Shown: piece after piece, positions 40,637 to 49,202 of the stretch
Numbering within the stretch: the first letter of the stretch is position 1
How the letters are laid out: every line of letters starts with the position of its first letter
Source of the DNA: Pseudomonadota bacterium
GTDB taxonomy: Bacteria > Pseudomonadota > Alphaproteobacteria > Sphingomonadales > Sphingomonadaceae
Length of the DNA: 64,000 nt
Reading direction: 5' to 3'
Assembly: GCA_041174825.1 (NCBI GenBank)
Contig: JBEDGC010000005.1
Span: 2,105-66,104 of the forward strand
Notes under the pieces: model-generated
The model's database searches: none
The model's input: only the letters and a program-made list of their open reading frames with translations
Told to the model about the DNA's origin: nothing
Position numbers and translations under genes: made by a program

Positions 40637-42763
40637 TCAAATAGCTTCGATGCGCACCGGTATGGCGCTTTGCAGAGACTGGCCGGTGATCGGATCATAA
40701 TCGACGGTTTCCTTGACGAGACGGTTGGTGCCGGTACCGATTTCGCGCACCTTGCTGCCATCCTCACCCGCATCGCCCCAGGCATGCGCCATCGAGACAA
40801 TGCCACGCCTGATCCCCGGGGCGGCCTCGGCGACGCCGACGATCGAACCGACAAGGGAAGTGATGCTGACCAGCGCGCCATCCTTTATGCCAAGAGCGGC
40901 AAGATCATCGGGGTGGATATGCGCCGGGTTGGTGGTGCGCTTGGCTTTGAGCGCGGTCAGATGCCCGCCGGTCGAGTTGAACCGGTGCTTGGTGCGCCGC
41001 GAAACGAGGCGATAGTCAAAGCCGGGCTTTGCAACGGCGGCCTTGCGATAGGCATCAAGCGCGGAAGGCATATCGCCCGCCGCCAGCTGGAACTTGTTGG
41101 CAGCTTCCGGATCGGGGGCCTCCACGCGCGGGTGGAGGTCGTTATAGATGATCGCCTTGCCGTCAGGCGTATCGTCGCGCACCTTGCTAGGCGGCACGGT
41201 GCAGCCCGCAGTCAACAGGTCGAGGAAGCTCGCCTTGCCGGGCAGCGCGTCCATCGGGCAAGGTCCTCCCGCCATTAGCAGGCCGGTGCCGAGCCGTTTC
41301 GCCAGCCCCCAGAGCATCGCATATTCGTCGATCAGGTCGCCCGGCGGCGGCACCAGTGCCGCAGTATAGCGCGCATAAGGCACCTCATACCACCTTTTGG
41401 AAAGGTTGCTGATATCGTCGCGTTCAAGGCACATGGCAGGCGCCAGCACGACATGCGAACGCTTCGCGGTCTGCGCCATGCGCACATCGACACTGACCAG
41501 CAGGTCGAGCGAATCGAGTGCGCGCGTTATCTTCCCCTGATCGGGGAAGGCGACCACCGGGTTGCCACCGATATTGATCAGGGCGCGCACCTGCCCTTCG
41601 CCGGGGGTCAGGATTTCATCGGCCAGCACATTGCACGGCATTTCGGTGCCGAGATGCGTCAATTCACGGAAACGCGACTTGGGAAAACCCTCGCCAAAGA
41701 GCGGGATCGGCGCGCCGACCTGTGCGCGGCGCGGGGTCTTGACGGTGAAGGCGCGCGGAATCGAGGACAATTCGCCTTCCTGGCAGAAGCGCGCGCAGAT
41801 GATGTTGAGCGCGGAGACCAGCCATGCGGTCAGCGTGCCATTGCCCGCCATTTCAGGGCCGGTACCTGTGCTGGCAACCCCCCTTTGCGCTTTCGCAAAC
41901 ATCCGCGCAGCTGCGACGATTTGCGATGCTTCGACCCCGCAACGCGCGCCTGCGGCTTCTGGCGTGAAGGGCTTCACCGCTGCGGCAAGCTCTTCAAAGC
42001 CATCGACATGCGCACCAACGAAATTGCGGACATAGAGTTCCTGATCGATGATCACATGGATCATCCCCCCGAGCAGCGCCGCATCCTCACCCGGAAAGAC
42101 CGGCAGATGGATGTCGGCCAGGCGCGCGACGTCGCTTTCGCGCGGATCGGCGACGATCAGTTTCAACCCGCGTTCCTGCGCATCGCGCAACCGCCGCGAG
42201 GGCGAAAAGGGCGGCAGCGATCCCGGCCGGGCATAATGCGAAACCAGCGGGTTGTTACCGATCATGAAGCAGACATCGGCAGTGTCGAAACTGTGCATCC
42301 CGCCTTCCCACATGCCGTAACGCATCGAGGTGTAGACCTTGGCTGGCTGATCGAGCGTCACGCTGGTGTAGATATTGCGGCTGCCCAATCCCTGCACAAA
42401 GGCCGTCGCGGTCGCCACTCCGGCGCTGTTCTGGAATGCATAGGTGCCGCCATAGACGGCAACTGCATGCGGGCCATGTTCGTCGATGATCGCGCGCAGC
42501 TTGTCTGCAATGAAATCGAGCGCAGCTTCGGTCGAAATCGGCTGGAAAGCCCCGTTCGCGCCCTTGATCTGGCAGGACGTCAACCTCTCTGGCGAATAAT
42601 GCGCCTCGACCAGCTGCCGCCCTTTGACGCAGGTATAGCCGCCAAAGACCGAATCTTCATTGTCGCCACGTACAGCGATGAGGCGGCTATTCTCGACTTC
42701 GGCGATCATAGCGCAATTAGCATGGCAAAATCGGCAGAATGTGCGGTGTGTGCTGGATGCCAT
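40637..42763 (-). CDS. Molybdopterin (bis-MGD) oxidoreductase, single-subunit, cytoplasmic
   Basis: N-terminal C-x2-C-x3-C-x27-C 4Fe-4S motif (CRFCHANC...TC), MopB-type domains and a C-terminal molydopterin dinucleotide-binding barrel. No twin-arginine signal. Confidence 0.85.
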   Translation of the reverse strand: MASSTHRTFCRFCHANCAMIAEVENSRLIAVRGDNEDSVFGGYTCVKGRQLVEAHYSPERLTSCQIKGANGAFQPISTEAALDFIADKLRAIIDEHGPHAVAVYGGTYAFQNSAGVATATAFVQGLGSRNIYTSVTLDQPAKVYTSMRYGMWEGGMHSFDTADVCFMIGNNPLVSHYARPGSLPPFSPSRRLRDAQERGLKLIVADPRESDVARLADIHLPVFPGEDAALLGGMIHVIIDQELYVRNFVGAHVDGFEELAAAVKPFTPEAAGARCGVEASQIVAAARMFAKAQRGVASTGTGPEMAGNGTLTAWLVSALNIICARFCQEGELSSIPRAFTVKTPRRAQVGAPIPLFGEGFPKSRFRELTHLGTEMPCNVLADEILTPGEGQVRALINIGGNPVVAFPDQGKITRALDSLDLLVSVDVRMAQTAKRSHVVLAPAMCLERDDISNLSKRWYEVPYARYTAALVPPPGDLIDEYAMLWGLAKRLGTGLLMAGGPCPMDALPGKASFLDLLTAGCTVPPSKVRDDTPDGKAIIYNDLHPRVEAPDPEAANKFQLAAGDMPSALDAYRKAAVAKPGFDYRLVSRRTKHRFNSTGGHLTALKAKRTTNPAHIHPDDLAALGIKDGALVSITSLVGSIVGVAEAAPGIRRGIVSMAHAWGDAGEDGSKVREIGTGTNRLVKETVDYDPITGQSLQSAIPVRIEAI

Positions 42764-42907
42764 CGTGCTTCTCCCGATCTTGCGAACAGCAGCTTAGACG
42801 GCATTCGACTTGGCGCGACTGTCAATTTTGTCGGTTGTTTTATGGGCAGACGTAACGGCAGTCTCCATCCTGCCAGTTATGTCACTTACGCCGACATAGA
42901 AGGTTGA

Positions 42908-42935
42908 GGAGAGATTTAGGAGAGATTTAGGACAG
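42908..42935. repeat. Tandem 11-bp repeat GGAGAGATTTA x2 plus partial third copy
   Basis: Exact copies at 42908-42918 and 42919-42929, then GGACAG. Lies 17 nt upstream of the TonB-receptor ATG, in the divergent intergenic region. Confidence 0.6.
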
Positions 42936-42951
42936 CTTGGGAGGCACCGAC

Positions 42952-45231
42952 ATGCTAAAAAAAGACCTGTATTTGAGCGCGAGTTTCGCGCTGGCAGCCG
43001 CGTTAGCGACACCGTCGTGGGCGCAAGAAGCGCAAGCGGAAGAAGATCAAGGCGGCATCCGTGAGATCTTGGTGACCGCGCAACTGCGCGAGGAAAACAT
43101 CCAATCAGTACCGGTGGCGGTGACAGCTCTCGATGCCGAGGCCCTATCCGAATCAACCGTCAAGGACATTCGGGATATCGCGGGACGCGTCCCCAGCCTG
43201 GTTGTGGACAATGTAAACGCTGGGCCGAGTGCGGCAGCCATTTCGATCCGGGGTATTTCGTTCGAAGACATCGAAAAAAGCTTTGACCCAGCGGTGGGCG
43301 TGGTTCTGGATGGCGTGTTCTCGGGCACCAACACCGGCCAGTTGCTTGACGCATTTGACATGGAATCGATCGAAGTCCTGCGCGGTCCGCAAGGCACATT
43401 GTTCGGGCGCAACACGATCGGCGGAGTAATTAACATCCGTCGTTCGAAGCCCACGGGCGAATTTGGCGTCAAAGCGTCGCTTGGCTATGCCGATTTCGGC
43501 ACCTGGCGCGGTCGCCTGGTCGTGAACACGCCGATGATCGGCGATTTCCTCGCGATCAAGGGCTTTTTCAACTATGATAAAACCGACGGCTATCTGTTCA
43601 ACGCAACGCAAAACCGGCGTGCGGGCAAGGACAAGAATGTCAGCTTTGGAGCAACTGCGCGGATCGAAGCATCGGAGAATATCAGCGCGCAAATCACCTA
43701 TCAGCATAGCGAACAGGATTCCGAAAATGCGACAGCGATCCTCTCACGGTCAGGGGCTGGTGGTGATCTTATCTGTATATTGGGCTTCGCTCCTCCATCG
43801 TTGTGCAACCGTCCGAACAAGGGCGATTCGCTCTATACGATCTTTGGCAACATCCCGACGCCGATCACTTATGATACTGATGCCGTTACCGGAGAAATAA
43901 ATGCCAAGTTCGGCGATTGGAGTCTGGTTTCTATCACTGGCTGGCAAAAGAGTACGGAAAGCGTCACTGCCGACTTCGATTCTGCGCCAGCTAATTTTTT
44001 CGACGCCAAGCGCGATCAGGATTATGATCAGTTCAGCCACGAAGTCCGCTTGGTCGGAGATCTCGGCGAGTCGGTCAATCTGTTGCTCGGAGCATATTAT
44101 TTCGAAAGCAGCTATTTCCTGAATCAGGCAACACGCCTGTTCACCGGTGGCCGTCCGACGCAACGTTCGGGCGTAGATTCGAAATCCTATGCCGCCTTTG
44201 GCGACGTCAAGATTAAGCCCAGCGATCTGCTGACCATCGGCCTTGGCGGGCGTTACACCCGCGACAAGAAATCCTTCGTCACCAACTATGGCCTTAATAC
44301 GACAGGCGTTTGCCCGACCACATTTGGCGGCGGCAGCGTGATTACCGCGGCTGACTGCGTTGGCAAACTGAGCAATGGCAAATTCACCTGGAAAGCCAGC
44401 GCCGACTATGAAATCGGCGATCACAAGCTGATCTATGCCTCTTATTCGACAGGCTATCGCTCAGGCAGTTTCAACGGACGTGCGGCAACTCCGGCGGCCA
44501 AGGGGCCCTATGAACCCGAAACGGTGAAGGCCTACGAAGTTGGTATCAAGGCCGATTGGCTGGATCGCATCTTGCGGACCAACCTAGCGCTTTTCCGCAC
44601 TGATTACGCCAACAAGCAGGAAGAAATCGTCCAGCCGACGCCTGCGCCGTTCAATGTGATCAACGTCCAGCAAACCATAGTCAGCAACGCGGCATCGGCG
44701 CGGATTAATGGCATTGAACTGGAAGTCACGATGCAGCCGTCCGATAATTTCGCGGTCAATGCTTCCATGTCCTATCTGGACGCCAAATATCGCAACTTCC
44801 GTCGCGATATCACAGTACCGGCTGACTTCATCCTCGACGATGTGTCAACATTGGACCTGCGCCGCGCGCCCAAATATACTTGGTCAGTAAGCGCAGACTG
44901 GAAGGCCCAGCTGGGTAGCGGGACCTTGATGCTGTCCCCGAATTTCCGCTTCATCGACAAATATGCCACCTGCATTATCGAGCAAAAACCGGCAATTCCC
45001 GGAGCTGTAACTAACGATTTCCGCTGCATCTCCGATGCACGCGAGATTTTGGACGTAACGGCTTCCTATCTGCTGCCAATGGGTGACGGAGAAATGAAGT
45101 TCAGCGTTTTTGCTCGCAACCTGCTCGATGATCGCGGGACCAGCTCGACTCTACCCGTGGCCGGCCTGTTCACCTTCGCCGGTGTTCGCCCGCCCCGCCA
45201 ATTTGGTGCTGAAGTACAATTCAAGTTCTGA
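42952..45231 (+). CDS. TonB-dependent receptor
   Basis: Signal peptide, TonB-box/plug (ILVTAQLREENIQSVPVAVTAL), a 22-strand barrel pattern and a terminal ...AEVQFKF. SD GGGAGG. Confidence 0.92.
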   Translation: MLKKDLYLSASFALAAALATPSWAQEAQAEEDQGGIREILVTAQLREENIQSVPVAVTALDAEALSESTVKDIRDIAGRVPSLVVDNVNAGPSAAAISIRGISFEDIEKSFDPAVGVVLDGVFSGTNTGQLLDAFDMESIEVLRGPQGTLFGRNTIGGVINIRRSKPTGEFGVKASLGYADFGTWRGRLVVNTPMIGDFLAIKGFFNYDKTDGYLFNATQNRRAGKDKNVSFGATARIEASENISAQITYQHSEQDSENATAILSRSGAGGDLICILGFAPPSLCNRPNKGDSLYTIFGNIPTPITYDTDAVTGEINAKFGDWSLVSITGWQKSTESVTADFDSAPANFFDAKRDQDYDQFSHEVRLVGDLGESVNLLLGAYYFESSYFLNQATRLFTGGRPTQRSGVDSKSYAAFGDVKIKPSDLLTIGLGGRYTRDKKSFVTNYGLNTTGVCPTTFGGGSVITAADCVGKLSNGKFTWKASADYEIGDHKLIYASYSTGYRSGSFNGRAATPAAKGPYEPETVKAYEVGIKADWLDRILRTNLALFRTDYANKQEEIVQPTPAPFNVINVQQTIVSNAASARINGIELEVTMQPSDNFAVNASMSYLDAKYRNFRRDITVPADFILDDVSTLDLRRAPKYTWSVSADWKAQLGSGTLMLSPNFRFIDKYATCIIEQKPAIPGAVTNDFRCISDAREILDVTASYLLPMGDGEMKFSVFARNLLDDRGTSSTLPVAGLFTFAGVRPPRQFGAEVQFKF

Positions 45232-45251
45232 TCGTTCATAAACAGAGGAGT

Positions 45252-45289
45252 GCGCGCGGCTCTGGGCAAGAGTCGCGCGCTTCTTTTTA
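45252..45289 (+). terminator. Rho-independent terminator of the TonB receptor gene
   Basis: GCGCGCGGCTCT-GGGCA-AGAGTCGCGCGC stem followed by TTCTTTTT. Confidence 0.75.
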
Positions 45290-45304
45290 CCCACCAGACA
45301 AACG

Positions 45305-46312
45305 CTACAGTAGACCTTCGGTGATGAGGCTGCGCGCGGTGTCGGCAATGGTCTCCTCAATAGGCCTTGTATGCCAGTCAAGGGACGCCCGCGCGTGTCT
45401 TGAATCCATCCGCCTAGTGCGACCGAGTTCCATCACCACCTGCATCGCCACCGGATCGAAGGTTGCAAACCATTCGAGCACCGCGTCAGGCATTGCGCGG
45501 ACATTGACCGCGATGGCCTGATCACCCAACTGATCCTTCACAATGCGGGCGATGTCGATCAACTTCAGCCAGGCCGCACTGGCGATGAACCGTTCGCCAT
45601 CGATACCTGGTCGGGTAAGCGCACGTTCGAAAATATCGACAATGTCGCGGACATCAACAAATTCAAAGCCAATATCAGGGCAGGCTGGCAGTCCGGCCAG
45701 TAACCGCCTGACTGCCTCGATTGATGCTGACATTTGCCCTCCCAGAATCGGGCCGAGCACCACGCTGGGGTTGATCTAGCAAAACTCCATTGCGCCACCT
45801 TCCGTCACCATCCAGTCGCGCGCACAGCGTTCTGAAATGGTTTTGGAATTGACATAGGCATGCGTGCCTGGATGTGTCGAATCGGTCCAATCGGCTTCGG
45901 TGAAAAGTTAGTCGCCCCTTGGCCTACCGTAGCCGATTGCACCGTTGGATGAGGCCAAAACAAATCGTTTGGCACCGGCATCACGGGCAAAGCGCAATAC
46001 GCGCAGCGCGCCGTCCCGCGCGGGAGCGATCACCTCTTCCTTGCTTTCGGGCACCCCGCTGGGCAAGGGAGATGCTAGATGCGCGACATGGGTGCATCCC
46101 GAAAGTGCCTCGGCCCAGCCCGCATCACGCATCAGATCAGCACCGAAGAAGCTTAGCCGCTCCTCTTCAACGCCCAAAGCCCGGCGAAGCGCGGCAGCCT
46201 TTGAGGGATCTCGGAGCGTCGCATGAATGCGCCATCCCGATGCCGCCAGTCGCTGGATCAGAAAACGTGCAATATAACCATTGCCCCCTGTAATAAGTAC
46301 CTTTCCGGCCAT
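45305..46312 (-). pseudogene. NAD-dependent epimerase/dehydratase (aldehyde/flavonol-reductase-like extended SDR) interrupted by two in-frame stops
   Basis: A single reading frame spans the N-terminal KVLITGGNGYIA Rossmann part, the YVNSK catalytic segment and the C-terminal part. It is broken only by TAA (45908-45910) and TAG (45776-45778). Confidence 0.75.
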
Positions 46313-46438
46313 TGTCTGTACTCCAGTCCGACTGGGAGGCTATGCTTCCGTCATGCCTCGGTCACTTGGGATTTTTGACAGGTCGCAGGCGCGAGCATTG
46401 CTGATAAATATTCGTGAGATCAATTACGGAGACATCGC

Positions 46439-48046
46439 ATGCATGCATTACCAGATCACCTTAAAGCCTATGCCCAAGGCGATGTCTGGTCGGACAAGAC
46501 CATTGGGGACCGCGCGCGGATATGGGCGGAGCAATTGCCCGATGAGGTGATCTTCCTCAATGATCCGACAAAGCCCACTTATGCCAGCCTGCTCGCCGAT
46601 GGCGAGGCGCTGGCTCGGGGCTTATATGATCTTGGCCTGAAACAGGGTGACGTTATCAGTTTTCAGGTGCCCAACTGGGTTGAGGCGGCAGTGATCAACC
46701 TTGCCGCCAGCCTAGGCGGCTTTGTCATCAATCCTATCGTCCCGATTTACCGTGATGCAGAAGTCGTGCAGATGCTGGGAGATAGCGGATCGCGCGCTTT
46801 CTTCGTCGCCGAAACTTTTCGCAATCACGATTATGCAGCGATGGTTGACCGCATCCGCCCGCAACTGCCTGAGCTGTTGCATGTCGTTTATGTGCGGACC
46901 GCCGAACGCGCGCCAAATCTGGCGGACCTGATCGAACATGGACAAGGGATAAGCCTGGCTTTGCCTCAGGTTGATCCCAATGCGGTAAAGCTGCTGCTCT
47001 ATACATCAGGCACCACGGGAAGACCCAAAGCCGTGCTTCATTCGCACAATACGCTTGACCGTGTGGCACAGGTCGGTTTCCGTCATTCAGGTATAAACGG
47101 CGACATTACGTTGATGCCGTCTCCAGTCACCCATATCAGCGGCTATAGCGGCGGGCTTGAAAAGCCTTTTGCAGTCGGCTCGCGGACTGTGCTGATGGAG
47201 ATGTGGAACGCAGCGGAGGCGGTTGAGCTGATCGATCGTTTCGGGGTCACTTCAACGGTTGCCGCCACGCCTTTTCTCCATGAGCTGTGCGATGCCGCTG
47301 CGGCCAAGGGCAGCGCACTTTCCAGCTTCAGGCGTTTTGCGTGTGGGGGTGCCGCTGTCCCTGCCGATCTCGTGCACAGCGCCAATGGCCGATTGGCTAA
47401 TCCCTGCGCCTACCGGGTCTTTGGCAGTTCCGAAGTGCCGATGGCGACACAGGGTATTTTGCCCGAAACTTCGCTTCATAAGGCGGCGGAAACCGACGGC
47501 AAGGCGATCGACTATGAGTTACGAATTGTTGATGATGAAGGCCGGGACGTGACGACTGGCGTTGACGGCGAAGTGCTCGCGCGCGGCCCCGCGATGTTTC
47601 TGGGCTATGCTGACGCCGCCCAGACGGCCGAATCTATTACGGAGGATGGCTATTTCCGCACCGGCGATATTGGTCACCTCACACCCGAAGGGGCGCTGGT
47701 CATCACTGGTCGCAAGAAGGACCTGATTATCCGAGGCGGCGAGAATATCAGCGCCAAGGAGATTGAGGATGTGCTCCACACCCATCCGGCGGTGCGCGAG
47801 ACCGCGGTCGTCGCAATGCCGCATCCGCGCCTTGGCGAGGGCATTTGTGCCTTCATCATCCCCAAGGATGCCAGCCGTCCGAATATTGCTGATATCACCG
47901 CCTTTGTCAGCGACGCAGGCCTTGCCAAACAAAAGTGCCCAGAGCGGATCGAATGGGTTGACGACCTGCCCCACACAGCTTCAGGAAAAATCAGGAAGGA
48001 TCAGTTAAGGGCGCAGATCAAGGCGATGATTGAGGAAGCAGCATGA
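46439..48046 (+). CDS. AMP-dependent acyl-CoA synthetase/ligase
   Basis: AMP-binding motif LLYTSGTTGRPKAV, TGD (YFRTGDIG) and C-terminal GKIRK. Confidence 0.9.
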   Translation: MHALPDHLKAYAQGDVWSDKTIGDRARIWAEQLPDEVIFLNDPTKPTYASLLADGEALARGLYDLGLKQGDVISFQVPNWVEAAVINLAASLGGFVINPIVPIYRDAEVVQMLGDSGSRAFFVAETFRNHDYAAMVDRIRPQLPELLHVVYVRTAERAPNLADLIEHGQGISLALPQVDPNAVKLLLYTSGTTGRPKAVLHSHNTLDRVAQVGFRHSGINGDITLMPSPVTHISGYSGGLEKPFAVGSRTVLMEMWNAAEAVELIDRFGVTSTVAATPFLHELCDAAAAKGSALSSFRRFACGGAAVPADLVHSANGRLANPCAYRVFGSSEVPMATQGILPETSLHKAAETDGKAIDYELRIVDDEGRDVTTGVDGEVLARGPAMFLGYADAAQTAESITEDGYFRTGDIGHLTPEGALVITGRKKDLIIRGGENISAKEIEDVLHTHPAVRETAVVAMPHPRLGEGICAFIIPKDASRPNIADITAFVSDAGLAKQKCPERIEWVDDLPHTASGKIRKDQLRAQIKAMIEEAA

Positions 48047-49200
48047 GTGCAATCTTTCTGCCCCGCATCGTTCGCATTCGCGGCGGTGCGCTTGACGAGC
48101 TTCCTGCGGCAATGGCGCAGTGCGGCTTGTCACGCCCGCTGATCATCACGGACAATTTCCTGCTCAATGGCAGTGCTGGCGAACGACTGACATATATCCT
48201 TGCGGCAGCCGGAATGAAGGCGCTAATCTTTGTGGAAACTGTTCCCGATCCGACGGTTGCCGTCGTTGACGCAGCGCTTGACATGCTGGCCGGGTATCAA
48301 TGCGATTGCGTAATTGGCTTTGGCGGTGGCAGCCCTATCGATACGGCAAAGGCCGTTGCCGCGTTGGGGATCGAGCGTCGCCCTGTTTCCAGCCTGAAAG
48401 TGCCGGTGATCACGGACAGTCCCGGCCTGCCTGTCATTGCGATCCCGACCACGGCGGGCACGGGCTCAGAAGCGACACGGGTGACCATCATCACCGATGA
48501 AGAGAGCAGTGAAAAGATGCTCTGCATGGGCCTCGCTTTCCTTCCGACGATCGCCATTGTCGACTTTGAACTCACCCTCACCAAGCCGAGGCGGTTGACC
48601 GCCGATACCGGGATTGATTCGCTGACCCACGCCATAGAAGCTTATGTCTCCAAACGCGCCAACCCCTTTTCGGACGCGGTCGCGCTTTCCGCGATGAAGC
48701 TTATTGCGGCCAATATCCGTCGTGCCTGTGATGTCCCCGATGATCGTGCCGCGCGTGAGGCCATGATGGTCGGCGCGCATCATGGCGGGCTGGCCTTTTC
48801 CAATTCATCGGTCGCACTGGTACATGGGATGAGCCGCCCGATCGGTGCCTTTTTCCATGTCCCGCATGGCCTATCCAACGCCATGCTGCTGCCAGCCGTG
48901 ACGCGTTTTTCGGCACCGGCTGCTTTGCCACGCTATGCGGACTGCGCCCGTGCCATGGGGGTGGCGCAAGAGCATGAAGGCGATCAATCCGCCGTCGCCC
49001 GGATGATCGATGCGCTGGAGCAGCTCAATGCCGATCTGCACGTGCCTAGCCCGCGCAGCCATGGCATAGTTGAAGAAACCTATCGCAACCTGGTCCCGAC
49101 AATGGCTGCGCAAGCCATCGCTTCAGGCTCGCCGGGCAATAATCCGCGCGAGGCGACGGCTGAAGAGATCGGCGAGCTATATCTGGAAGCCTATGGCTGA
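48043..49200 (+). CDS. Iron-containing (group III) alcohol dehydrogenase
   Basis: GGGSPIDTAKA, the PTTAGTGSE glycine-rich NAD motif and metal His residues (HAIEAY, HGMSRPIG..HVPHG). ATGA overlap with the ligase gene. Confidence 0.9.
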   Translation: MSAIFLPRIVRIRGGALDELPAAMAQCGLSRPLIITDNFLLNGSAGERLTYILAAAGMKALIFVETVPDPTVAVVDAALDMLAGYQCDCVIGFGGGSPIDTAKAVAALGIERRPVSSLKVPVITDSPGLPVIAIPTTAGTGSEATRVTIITDEESSEKMLCMGLAFLPTIAIVDFELTLTKPRRLTADTGIDSLTHAIEAYVSKRANPFSDAVALSAMKLIAANIRRACDVPDDRAAREAMMVGAHHGGLAFSNSSVALVHGMSRPIGAFFHVPHGLSNAMLLPAVTRFSAPAALPRYADCARAMGVAQEHEGDQSAVARMIDALEQLNADLHVPSPRSHGIVEETYRNLVPTMAAQAIASGSPGNNPREATAEEIGELYLEAYG

Positions 49201-49202
49201 CT

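Noticed and set aside
41453-42907. 484-aa ORF antisense to the molybdopterin oxidoreductase. Similar long antisense ORFs occur at 6720-7682, 19274-20185, 35714-36598, 49977-50807 and 59015-59752.
   Set aside because: All lie fully inside well-supported genes on the other strand, are Arg-rich and lack motifs. This is expected from GC3-rich coding sequence.
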